Below are positions 35,023 through 43,592 of a stretch of 53,860 bases of DNA, in pieces. Below the pieces are notes generated by a model. The model was not told the DNA's origin. It saw nothing but the letters and a program-made list of their open reading frames with translations, and did no database searches. The translations under genes were made by a program, and so were the position numbers. The stretch is from Deltaproteobacteria bacterium. GTDB lineage: Bacteria; Desulfobacterota; Syntrophobacteria; BM002. Each line of letters starts with the position of its first letter. Position 1 is the first letter of the stretch. Where the stretch lies: NCBI GenBank assembly GCA_020347625.1, contig CP070735.1, forward strand, positions 1,378,020-1,431,879, written 5' to 3'.

Positions 35023-36186
35023 TTAGCTCTGCTGCGGAGACTCCCAGATACCGGGTATAGGCTGGCCGCAACTACCACAGCTACCCTGTTTCAACCGCAG
35101 TACTTGAACCCTGTAACCCATTCGCCTGATGAGCTGGGCGTTGCATCGTGGACAATTGGTGTGTTCACCAGGGTGGCCCGGCACATTGCCGAGATAGACA
35201 AAATGGAGACCCTCACGAAGGGCCGTTGCTCTCGCCTGCTCCAGAATGGTCACTGGAGTTGGAGGCAGGCTTTTCAGTTTATAGAGTGGATAGAAACGGC
35301 TAAAGTGCAAAGGTACATCCGGCCCGAGTTCCTTCTTGATCCACCTGCACATTGCAGCTATCTGACCCATATCATCATTTTTCCCGGGAACAACCAGGTT
35401 AACGATCTCCGTGTGAATGGACGATCTTTTGAGCCCCTTCAGTGCCTCTAGCACAGGCCCCAGTGACCCCTCGGTGATCTCCAAGTAGTACTTCTCGCTG
35501 AAGCCCTTCAAGTCTATGCAAGCTGCATCCAGATACTTGCAGAGTTCTTGAAGCGGAGTAGTATTGATGTAACCATTGGAGTGCATCACTTTCAAGAGAC
35601 CCTTTTGTCTGGCCAAGGCGCCAATATCGATCATGTACTCCGTAAAAATGGTGGGCTCGACATAGGTGGATGCAATGGATTGGCACTGGTAGCGGCTAGC
35701 TAACTGGACCACCTTGTCGGGGGCCATATCATAATTTAGGGTCTCATCTGGTCGGGCTTGAGAGATTTCCCAGTTTTGACAGAATTTGCAGTCGAAATTA
35801 CAGCCCGCGGTGGCAATGGAGAAAGAGCGGCTTGTTGGCAATACATGATAAAATGGTTTTTTCTCGATGGGATCCACGTGGACTGCACAAGGATTGCCGT
35901 AAACCAGGGAGTAATAGCGCCCACCGATGTTTTCCCGAACCTCGCAGTAACCCCTTTCGCCCTCATCCACTTCACAGGCATGGGGACAGAGGTCGCAACG
36001 AATACGACCTTCCCCCAGCTGGGTGAAAAATGGAGAAAGTTTGCGACCAAGAAATCCCTTTTCCAGATCGAGAGAATGTGCCCGAGACGCAGTCGTGATC
36101 TGAAAAATGGGCTCCATGCTCGCACAGATAAGGGCACACCGCCCGCACTGTTTTAAGAATTCGCGCCTGCTAATTGAATGCTTCAT
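35023..36186 (-). CDS. AmmeMemoRadiSam system radical SAM enzyme with a twin-arginine signal peptide
   Basis: CNFDCKFCQNWEISQ radical-SAM cluster motif. N-terminus MKHSISRREFLKQCGRCALICA has the S-R-R-x-F-L-K Tat consensus. ATG 36186 (the track ORF starts at 36225). Confidence 0.85.
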   Translation of the reverse strand: MKHSISRREFLKQCGRCALICASMEPIFQITTASRAHSLDLEKGFLGRKLSPFFTQLGEGRIRCDLCPHACEVDEGERGYCEVRENIGGRYYSLVYGNPCAVHVDPIEKKPFYHVLPTSRSFSIATAGCNFDCKFCQNWEISQARPDETLNYDMAPDKVVQLASRYQCQSIASTYVEPTIFTEYMIDIGALARQKGLLKVMHSNGYINTTPLQELCKYLDAACIDLKGFSEKYYLEITEGSLGPVLEALKGLKRSSIHTEIVNLVVPGKNDDMGQIAAMCRWIKKELGPDVPLHFSRFYPLYKLKSLPPTPVTILEQARATALREGLHFVYLGNVPGHPGEHTNCPRCNAQLIRRMGYRVQVLRLKQGSCGSCGQPIPGIWESPQQS

Positions 36187-36262
36187 GCAGAATTTCCCTG
36201 GCCAAAAAGAGAGTGTCCCAGACATGTGGCGCGTTGGGAAGAAAGCCTAATTGCAGAAAAAA

Positions 36263-37789
36263 TCACATATTTTCGGGTGAGAACACATCAGCAGAAAAAA
36301 TGTAGATCTCCGTCTTCTTGTCCTTCCAGGCATCAACAGGCAGACCGGCCTTGGTACAGGTATGCTCCAGAAAGGTGTTGCGGTCCCAACCCCATTCTGT
36401 GGCTACCTGTGGCAACAGCAAACCGGCATGGCTGCCACGCTTCATATAGATGCCGTGTGTTCCCACTTGTATTTCTTCCACATTGGAGATGCGGTGCAGA
36501 GGCGTAAGAACAGAGATTTCATACTCCAGCTGTTCTAATTCCTCAGTGGTGACCGGTGGAAAGCGCGGGTCCTGAAATGCTGCGGCCTCTGCCATTTCGA
36601 CCACAGTTTTGACCAACGGCTTCTGACCTCGAATATGCCCAATACATCCCCTGAGCTTGCCATCTTTGTGGAGAGTCACGAAAGCGCCCCGCAATTCATT
36701 CAAAGTGGGGGAGGTCACCTTGGGTTCGACCATCTTTTCGCCTCTACAGCCCGCCTCCACCACCTCTCGAGCGATCTCCAGCAAAATTGTCTTCTCTTCC
36801 GAGGTGAGCCCCAGGTCGACCCCTACTCGCTTATGCATGGGTTCCTGGCCTTTGCTCTTCCCCGGATTAGACCAGAGTGCGGCGGCCATATAGCCGACCA
36901 CCCCACTGTGATCACCAGTAACATCGCCCGAGTTGGCATAGTGCAACACCCGACTCTTGTTGGCTCCCAACTTGCGTGCAATGAGCATGGCAGCGACCAT
37001 GGGGCCGCCCCCGCAAGCCTCGCATTTACCATTGGCCAGACTGTCGCTCAAACCGCGAGGATCAAACTCATTCACCTTGTCCAGCACTACCTGATCCAAC
37101 TGCTTTGCTTGCTGATACGGGTGAAAGTGGGAGAGATCGGAACTCGCAACGACCAGGACGGATCTGTTCTCCACGGTGTCGGCCACCGCTTCTGCTAACC
37201 AGCTGCAGGTGGTAAAATCCTGGTTACCCATGACCAAAGGCACAAGCTTGAAATCAGGCAGGACCACTTGCAGAAAAGGAAGCTGGATCTCCAGCGAATG
37301 CTCCTGGCTATGGGCTTCAGAAACGTACTCTATGCGGCTCTCGCACTTTTTCAGTGCGGAGATTAGCTCCCGGTCCAACTCCACCACCCCCAGTGGTGTG
37401 CGATACCCCCCCCGATCGTACACCGACACACCTCTGAAGTGAGCGCGGTGGCTGGGAGCAATGATCACCACGGTGGAGAATTTCCGCTCTTCCAGCAGTT
37501 TATAACCGTAGGCAGCCACCTGACCTGAGTAACGGTAGCCTGCATGGGGGGATATGAGGGCGACAAGCTCCCCCTGCAGGTCAGTAACTGAAACCCGGTC
37601 CAGAAAACCCTCGACTTCCTGTTGCAAGCGGGAACTGTTTCCGGGGTACCACGTCCCTGCAATCACCGATTCTCGGACTTGTTCCGAAGACATCATTATA
37701 CCCTCCACGGCGGCCGCATTCTGAATGCCATTGCGGGAACAGAAAAGAAGCGCGGCCAAGATGGTAAGAATTATCAATCGGCGAGCCAT
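36263..37789 (-). CDS. fused Memo-like (AmmeMemoRadiSam protein B) plus AMMECR1 (protein A), with an N-terminal signal peptide
   Basis: AGTWYPG...ISPHAGYRYSG (Memo) and GAFVTLHKDGKLRGCIGHI (AMMECR1). N-terminus MARRLIILTILAALLFCSRNGIQNAAA. Confidence 0.85.
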   Translation of the reverse strand: MARRLIILTILAALLFCSRNGIQNAAAVEGIMMSSEQVRESVIAGTWYPGNSSRLQQEVEGFLDRVSVTDLQGELVALISPHAGYRYSGQVAAYGYKLLEERKFSTVVIIAPSHRAHFRGVSVYDRGGYRTPLGVVELDRELISALKKCESRIEYVSEAHSQEHSLEIQLPFLQVVLPDFKLVPLVMGNQDFTTCSWLAEAVADTVENRSVLVVASSDLSHFHPYQQAKQLDQVVLDKVNEFDPRGLSDSLANGKCEACGGGPMVAAMLIARKLGANKSRVLHYANSGDVTGDHSGVVGYMAAALWSNPGKSKGQEPMHKRVGVDLGLTSEEKTILLEIAREVVEAGCRGEKMVEPKVTSPTLNELRGAFVTLHKDGKLRGCIGHIRGQKPLVKTVVEMAEAAAFQDPRFPPVTTEELEQLEYEISVLTPLHRISNVEEIQVGTHGIYMKRGSHAGLLLPQVATEWGWDRNTFLEHTCTKAGLPVDAWKDKKTEIYIFSADVFSPENM

Positions 37790-37964
37790 ATTCTCAGCGC
37801 AACCTTCTGTGTGCTTGACGGCAGGTTACAGGTACGGTGAGACAATCAACCAATCGTTCGTTTCAGCGCTGATACATTGATCCCATTCTAATAAAGAGCT
37901 ATGAACGATGTCAACAACGCGGCATGACTTCTCATCCAGCCAGAGCTGGAGTATACTACCACGC

Positions 37965-38040
37965 AGATTGAAGATTGCAGATTGAAGATTTTTCCTGAAG
38001 ATTGAGAAAACGCAACTTCAATCCGCAATCTACAATCTCA
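37965..38040. repeat. inverted pair of AGATTGN / AATCNNC heptamer arrays (same family as 4233-4328)
   Basis: AGATTGA AGATTGC AGATTGA AGATTTT ... AGATTGA (37965-38005) against CAACTTC AATCCGC AATCTAC AATCTCA (38013-38040). Confidence 0.8.
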
Positions 38041-38056
38041 AATGAGGTAAGGTACC

Positions 38057-38815
38057 TTGAGCTCAAACAATTATCTTGACCATGTCACTATCGTCTTGCA
38101 TAGGCCCCGGTTTCCAGAAAATATTGGAGCAGCAGCGCGGGCCGCTCTTAATATGGGCATCTCCAGGCTGGTTCTTGTAGCACCCGAGAACTGCGATCTC
38201 ACTCGCGTTCTCAGAATGGCCACCCATTATGCCGCTGACCTGGTAGAGAACATGGAGGTCTATGCTGACCTGACCACCGCCCTGCAACACTTTCACTATG
38301 TGGTGGGAACCACTGCACGCATCGGTGGTCATCGCCGCGAACTCAAAACTCCCCGAGAGATAGCAGCGGAGTTGGTACCCATCTGTGCCAACAACCAGGT
38401 GGCTTTACTCTTTGGCCCCGAAGATCGTGGTCTTACCAACGTCCAATTACGTTACTGTCACGCCCTGGTTAGCGTTCCCACCGCGGGTTTTTCCTCACTG
38501 AACCTGGCCCAGGCGGTGATGATTCTTTGTTACGAACTGTTACTGGCAGGTACCAAGCCGCTTGATCGATTTGTGTCTCGGCTGGCAACACGGCGTGAAC
38601 TGGACGGAATGTATGAACACCTCAAGGAGACATTGCTCAAGATAAATTTCATAAATCCAGAGAATCCTGACTACTGGATGCAAAATATACGACGATTCTT
38701 TTCCAGGGTTGGGCTTCGGGCTCGAGATGTCAAGATAATCCGCGGCATCTGCCGTCAGATAGATTGGTATACCAAGCAAAGACTGGAAACGATGCAACAG
38801 CTGGAGATGGAGTGA
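38057..38815 (+). CDS. trmJ: tRNA 2'-O-methyltransferase, SpoU/TrmH superfamily, TrmJ-like
   Basis: VLHRPRFPENIGAAARAALNMG, LLFGPEDRGLTN and SSLNLAQAVMILCYEL. TTG start after GAGGTAAGG. Confidence 0.75.
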   Translation: MSSNNYLDHVTIVLHRPRFPENIGAAARAALNMGISRLVLVAPENCDLTRVLRMATHYAADLVENMEVYADLTTALQHFHYVVGTTARIGGHRRELKTPREIAAELVPICANNQVALLFGPEDRGLTNVQLRYCHALVSVPTAGFSSLNLAQAVMILCYELLLAGTKPLDRFVSRLATRRELDGMYEHLKETLLKINFINPENPDYWMQNIRRFFSRVGLRARDVKIIRGICRQIDWYTKQRLETMQQLEME

Positions 38816-38837
38816 TCATCCCTGCTCTTGAGACAGC

Positions 38838-39803
38838 TCAATACTTCAATCCCACTCGCTCTCGCACCAGTTGTAGGGTGGGAAGCGCCTTGGCTCTAGC
38901 TTTGACAGCGCCAGCATCGAGAATTTTCCGAACATGCTCGGGATCAGCCGCCAACTGCTGACGCTTCTCGCGTGCTCCGCCGAAATATTCCCATATTCTT
39001 GCAAAAAGCTCTTTCTTTACGTCGCTGTATTTGAGCCCACCCCGACGGTATTGCTCAGCCAACTCAGACTTTTCCGCTTCATCCAGAAACAGAGAAATGA
39101 TCGCAAAGAGGTTACATTTATCCGGGTCTTTGGGATCGGCCACGGGTGTGGAGTCGGTGACGATGCTCCCTATGTTTCTCTGGAGCTGCTTTTCACTGGC
39201 AAAAATGTCTATGGTGTTATTGTAAGATTTACTCATCTTTTGGCCGTCTATACCCACCACCGTAGGAATGTCGGGATTGATCTCAGCCTCGGGAATCACG
39301 AAGGTCTCCCCAAAGGTGTGATTGAACTTGATGGCGATGTCCCGGGCAATTTCCAGGTGTTGTTGTTGATCTTGCCCCACTGGAATCCTCTCTGACTGGT
39401 AGAGTAGAATATCAGCGGCCATGAGCACCGGGTAAGAAAGGAGACCATGATAGGGGGAAATTCCCTGGGCGATTTTATCCTTATAGGAGTGGGCCCTGAG
39501 CAGAAGCCCCACGGGGGTGACGTTGTTCAGAATCCAGGTCAGCTCGGTCACCTCCGGTACATCTGACTGTACCCAAAAAATGGCCTTCTCCGGATCAAGA
39601 CCTAGGGCGAGGAAATCAAGGGCTGCCTCGATGGTCCCACGGGCAAGCTGGTCCCGGTCTGTCACTGAGGTCATGGCATGGTAATTGACGATAAAGCAGT
39701 AGAGCTCAGATGTTTCTTGATAGGCGATCATTGGCCTCATCATGCCGAAATAGTTGCCGATATGAAGGCTTCCTGATGGTTGGATGCCAGAAAGTACGCG
39801 CAT
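38838..39803 (-). CDS. trpS: tryptophan--tRNA ligase
   Basis: SGIQPSGSLHIGNYFG (HIGH region), KMSKS, about 320 aa. AAGGAG RBS. Confidence 0.95.
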   Translation of the reverse strand: MRVLSGIQPSGSLHIGNYFGMMRPMIAYQETSELYCFIVNYHAMTSVTDRDQLARGTIEAALDFLALGLDPEKAIFWVQSDVPEVTELTWILNNVTPVGLLLRAHSYKDKIAQGISPYHGLLSYPVLMAADILLYQSERIPVGQDQQQHLEIARDIAIKFNHTFGETFVIPEAEINPDIPTVVGIDGQKMSKSYNNTIDIFASEKQLQRNIGSIVTDSTPVADPKDPDKCNLFAIISLFLDEAEKSELAEQYRRGGLKYSDVKKELFARIWEYFGGAREKRQQLAADPEHVRKILDAGAVKARAKALPTLQLVRERVGLKY

Positions 39804-40067
39804 GCTGATAAGCTCCTTGTCCCGATGGAAGTCGAATCATTCTTTTACCCCATCTGTAGAAATATTCAACCCCAAAATGATTCACGTTTTAGTCCGGAGT
39901 TTAGAAAAAATCGTCTTATGTGATAGCACTCTCCGCCCTTGCAAGATGTTACCCGGTTAAGGTAAACTCCCCGGAAGTCATTCCCGTGCCGGTATGGATT
40001 CTCCAATTGCCCTCGTTTCGCCTGTTTTGAGCTGAAACCTACTTTACCGAAGAAAGGATGGATTGCC

Positions 40068-40481
40068 ATGGCAGAACACAAGTGTAGAGCCTGTATAGTC
40101 TATTGCATGGATTTTCGTCTTCATGAGCCTCTTGACAACTTTTTTGCAGATCAGAAACTGGACGGAGACGGAGCCGATGTCATCCGGGTGGCGGGTGCCA
40201 TCAAAAGCATTTCCCGGCCCAAGGAAGCTAGGGACAGGGAGTTCTTGCTGGAACAGCTCAAGGTAGCCTACGAACTCCACGAGGTGCGCCAGTTTTATCT
40301 GGTCAATCATGAGGACTGCGGGGCCTACGGCTTAGAGGACGTCGTGGATAGCCCGGAAGAGCTTGCCACCCATCGAGAAGATCTTCGCGTTGCCAAGGCT
40401 CTGCTCAAAGATCGTTTTCCCGGCACCGAGGTTTATACATACTTCATGCGACTCAGCGGCAAAGCTGATTTAGTAGACTAG
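40068..40481 (+). CDS. small protein with beta-carbonic-anhydrase-like zinc motifs
   Basis: CMDFR (C-x-D-x-R), ADVIRVAGA and NHEDCGAYG (H-x-x-C-G), in the order seen in beta-class carbonic anhydrases but in only 137 aa. Confidence 0.5.
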   Translation: MAEHKCRACIVYCMDFRLHEPLDNFFADQKLDGDGADVIRVAGAIKSISRPKEARDREFLLEQLKVAYELHEVRQFYLVNHEDCGAYGLEDVVDSPEELATHREDLRVAKALLKDRFPGTEVYTYFMRLSGKADLVD

Positions 40482-40501
40482 ATGTGTTCCACCCAACCAG
40501 C

Positions 40502-40537
40502 AGAGGCGGCCTGCTCGAGGTCCGCCTCTTTTTTTGT
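40502..40537 (+). terminator. intrinsic terminator of the 40068-40481 gene
   Basis: AGAGGCGG (40502-40509) pairs with CCGCCTCT (40522-40529) across a 12-nt loop, followed by TTTTTTTG. Confidence 0.75.
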
Positions 40538-40625
40538 TGCCAAATCCTTCCACAATGAATATAACCTTCCAACGCGGTTCTCTGCGGTGAGACGGGTATT
40601 TTGCCCAAAAATACTTTGACAGTCC

Positions 40626-40653
40626 TTGCAGGATTTTCTAGAATTGTTATAAT
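40626..40653 (+). promoter_or_regulatory. sigma70 promoter with extended -10 upstream of the U32 gene
   Basis: TTGCAG (40626-40631), 16-nt spacer, TGtTATAAT (-10 at 40648-40653). Confidence 0.5.
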
Positions 40654-40781
40654 TATCACGAGCTCTGAGTGGTTGCCAAAGGGGTCTCTTAGGGCTATTT
40701 GTGCTCGTTATTCTGCGCTGGACCCATAATTCTTGCGAAGAAACAGTATGGCAACCATATTCGTAAGGAGGATCTTTTAGT

Positions 40782-41822
40782 ATGAATGAGTTGCTGGCAC
40801 CGGGTGGCAGCCTTGAAATGGTACAAGAAGTCTTTGCCAATGGCGCTAATGCGGTATATGTGGGAGCAAAAGGATTGAGCCGAAGGAAATGCGCCTGGGA
40901 GTTGGAAGATAGCCAGATCAAGGAAGCAATAGGGATTGCTGCCGATTATGACGGTAAGGTTCGCGTGGCCATCAACATCGACGTCCCTGAAGATCAATTC
41001 ATTCGCGTGCTCAACAAGGCATCCAAATGGGCCCAATGTGGGGCGGAAGGCGTCATTGCCAAAACAGCTGGCCTCATGCGGCTCATTAAGAAGAACTTCC
41101 CGGAATTGATTATTCACGCCAGCGTTGGCTGTAATATCCGCACCAGAGAAGAAATGGAATATTACCGGGAAGCCGGAGCCTCCCAGATTGTGGCAAGTAC
41201 CGAAATCAACACCGTGGAAAAATTGCAGCGCTTCAAGAGGGAGGCGGATACAGTCGGCGTCTTAACTGAAGTGCTCATCCATGGCAACCGCTGCATAGGT
41301 GGTGTGGGTAATTGTCTGTTCCATGAACTCACCAGTGATTCTTACATCAAGAAGGTTTACAGGGACGAGGAAGGCAACGAAATCGTTGAGTACGAGGGTT
41401 GGCCCGATAAAAGTGGCAGCTGCTTCCGTTTCTGCTTGCTCACCGAGGCTCAGAGAGAAAAACTGATGCGCCGCAAGGGCAAGAGCTCAAAAGAAATTAC
41501 CCAGATCAATAAAAAAATTCGCCATCAGCCTAACGTTGCCTTCGCTATTCAGGGTGAGGAGCTCGGACAATACATCGATTTGGGTCTGCAAACTCTGAAG
41601 GTCCAGGGCCGGGAGTATCCTGTCGCGCTCATCGGCAAGATGATCCGCGATTATCGGACCCTAATCGATGCTCATATTCAGGGGAAAGACCCGCTTAGCC
41701 TTGAACTGATCGCGGTGGAGGAAGATCTCCAAGGTCTGGTTAAAGACCGCGACCGAGCCAGGATGGAAAAAACTCGAGAACTGCACCAGCAGATCAAGGG
41801 GTTCTCCGAGATGGAGTTATAA
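40782..41822 (+). CDS. peptidase U32 family protein
   Basis: [35 protein letters not shown] is a typical U32 N-terminus. Cys-rich [15 protein letters not shown]...GSCFRFC. AAGGAGG RBS. Confidence 0.85.
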   Translation: MNELLAPGGSLEMVQEVFANGANAVYVGAKGLSRRKCAWELEDSQIKEAIGIAADYDGKVRVAINIDVPEDQFIRVLNKASKWAQCGAEGVIAKTAGLMRLIKKNFPELIIHASVGCNIRTREEMEYYREAGASQIVASTEINTVEKLQRFKREADTVGVLTEVLIHGNRCIGGVGNCLFHELTSDSYIKKVYRDEEGNEIVEYEGWPDKSGSCFRFCLLTEAQREKLMRRKGKSSKEITQINKKIRHQPNVAFAIQGEELGQYIDLGLQTLKVQGREYPVALIGKMIRDYRTLIDAHIQGKDPLSLELIAVEEDLQGLVKDRDRARMEKTRELHQQIKGFSEMEL

Positions 41823-41825
41823 TTC

Positions 41826-42461
41826 ATGTCTCGAGTCTACTTGGTGCGTCACGGTCAAACAGCCTGGAACGTGGGGGAGATTTTTCGCGGCCGTGTGGAT
41901 ATCCCGCTTGACGAGACCGGAAAACAGGAGGTGCACCTGGCCGGTGAGGCACTCAAAGATGAAACCCTCCATGCCGTTTATAGCAGTCCCCTCTCCCGAT
42001 CCATGGAAACAGCTGAGAATATAGCAAAGTTTCACAATATTTCAGTAACACCCCTGGATGCGATTGTTGATATCAGCTATGGAGAGTGGGAAGGTCTGGA
42101 GAATCAGGAGGTGCAGAAAAAATACCCTGAACTCCACGGTCTTTGGCTTCGGGAACCCCATAAGGTTAAGTTTCCCAAAGGTGAGAGTCTGGATGAAGTC
42201 CGCTCTCGCATCATGACGGCTTTGGACGAGTTGATAGTCAAACACAGAGATGAGAATTTTGCTCTGGTCGCGCATCGGGTTCCCAACAAAGTGATCTGCT
42301 GTGCTCTGCTGGGACTGGATAACAGCCATTTCTGGCGTATTCAACAGGACACCGCCTCTACAAATCTTTTCACTTATCAAAACGGGCAATGGATCATTTC
42401 CTTTCTGAACGACACCTCCTATCTAAAGTCTCTTGGGAAGGAAGCTCTTGCTGATTTTTGA
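41826..42461 (+). CDS. histidine phosphatase (phosphoglycerate-mutase-like) family protein
   Basis: RVYLVRHGQTAWN and ALVAHRV catalytic His motifs. Starts 4 nt after the U32 stop. Confidence 0.85.
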   Translation: MSRVYLVRHGQTAWNVGEIFRGRVDIPLDETGKQEVHLAGEALKDETLHAVYSSPLSRSMETAENIAKFHNISVTPLDAIVDISYGEWEGLENQEVQKKYPELHGLWLREPHKVKFPKGESLDEVRSRIMTALDELIVKHRDENFALVAHRVPNKVICCALLGLDNSHFWRIQQDTASTNLFTYQNGQWIISFLNDTSYLKSLGKEALADF

Positions 42462-42762
42462 GAGCTCATACTTCACAGAACTGGCAGGCTGCGTAACCGA
42501 CGTTTAGTATTTTTCGCTCACCCCTCTTTATCTTTCATCCTTTGGGACAGTTGTCGAAATTCAGCATTGCGTCTTCGGAAACGTTTCGATAACGTAGTAG
42601 CCCCGTTAAGCTTCAGCAGACGGCTGGATTTACCTTTATAAGCCGCAGCACCAAAAATCAAGAATAGGAGGACCCGCCTTCGCCCAGGCGACGGCGCGGC
42701 AGGCCCTGGCTTTGGACTGCCCTCTGTGAAAGGTACAGGGTTCAAGGTGCCTGGCCTATGTT

Positions 42763-42871
42763 AGGCAGCAGCAGACAGCAGGCAGCAAAAAGAATCACAG
42801 TGTCAATGTTCCAAAGAACTTCATGCCCCATGCTCTATGCTCTATGCTCTATGCCCTATGCTCTATGCGCT
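42763..42871. repeat. two heptamer arrays (AGCAGNC x4, then ATGCNCT x7)
   Basis: AGGCAGC AGCAGAC AGCAGGC AGCAAAA (42763-42790). ATGCCCC ATGCTCT ATGCTCT ATGCTCT ATGCCCT ATGCTCT ATGCGCT (42823-42871). Confidence 0.85.
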
Positions 42872-42929
42872 CTGACCTGGCTTAGAGGACCAGGTTATCT
42901 ACGATTAATAGATTTTCACTTGAGATGGA

Positions 42930-42956
42930 GAACTTTTTCCATCTTCTGTTGTCTAA
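42930..42956 (+). promoter_or_regulatory. ECF (sigma-E-type) autoregulatory promoter candidate
   Basis: GAACTT (42930-42935), 16-nt spacer, TCTAA (42952-42956), immediately upstream of the ECF sigma gene. Confidence 0.45.
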
Positions 42957-42965
42957 TGACGACAA

Positions 42966-43589
42966 ATGGGTACTGGATCATTGGTTCAGAAAAGTTCATC
43001 TGCTCAGCGCGAGGAAGACCGAGTCCTAGTGCACCGCTGCCGCAGTGGTGACAAGGAGGCCTTTGCCCGGTTGATGCGAAGACACGAAAGGCAGATATAT
43101 AACTTTACCTATAGGATGTTGGGCAGCGAAGAGGAAGCCGAAGATCTGACGCAAGATATATTTGTCGCCGCTTACAGGGGTATAAAGGGTTTCCGAGGCG
43201 AGGCCAAGTTTTCCACCTGGTTGTATAGGATTGCTCTAAATCAAGCTCGGAATCGTATCAAGTACTTATCGAGGCGGAACTTTTTTGCCAAACAAAAAAG
43301 TAGAGCTGGGCCTGCCTGGAAGATCTCGTCGGAAAACCTGGAGGCTCTGCCTGACAGTGCTCCTACCCCTGAACAGTGGACCATGACCAGGGACCTGGCT
43401 GCACAAGTACAGCAGTGCCTGAATCAGCTGCCCCATGCGGCACGGCAGATTTTGATACTCCGGGACGTGCAAGGCTTTTCCTATGAAGAACTGAGTCAAA
43501 TGCTCTCCCTGAACCTTGGTACAGTAAAATCGCGTCTTCACCGGGCCAGAATCGCTTTACAGGAATGTTTGACAAATAGACTAGAGTAG
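42966..43589 (+). CDS. RNA polymerase ECF sigma factor (sigma-70 group 4)
   Basis: Region 2 DLTQDIFVAAYRGIKGFRGEAKFSTWLYRIALNQARN. Region 4 ILILRDVQGFSYEELSQMLSLNLGTVKSRLHRAR. Confidence 0.9.
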   Translation: MGTGSLVQKSSSAQREEDRVLVHRCRSGDKEAFARLMRRHERQIYNFTYRMLGSEEEAEDLTQDIFVAAYRGIKGFRGEAKFSTWLYRIALNQARNRIKYLSRRNFFAKQKSRAGPAWKISSENLEALPDSAPTPEQWTMTRDLAAQVQQCLNQLPHAARQILILRDVQGFSYEELSQMLSLNLGTVKSRLHRARIALQECLTNRLE

Positions 43590-43592
43590 CTC

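Noticed and set aside
39804-40067. T-box or attenuator leader upstream of trpS
   Set aside because: I could not find the conserved T-box sequence, a specifier loop with UGG in the proper context, or a terminator/antiterminator pair. Only one imperfect hairpin is present (GAATCAT...ATGATTC).
42823-42871. Tandem repeats considered as a CRISPR array or a contingency-locus microsatellite
   Set aside because: The unit length is 7 nt with no spacers, so it is not CRISPR. The arrays are intergenic and degenerate rather than perfect in-frame repeats, so phase-variable coding is not supported. They are reported instead as the heptamer-array phenomenon.
42518-43051. 75-aa minus-strand and 97-aa plus-strand ORFs in the spacer before the ECF sigma gene
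   Set aside because: Both are read through heptamer arrays, giving periodic low-complexity peptides such as CSMPYALCAL. The plus-strand ORF overlaps the sigma gene out of frame.
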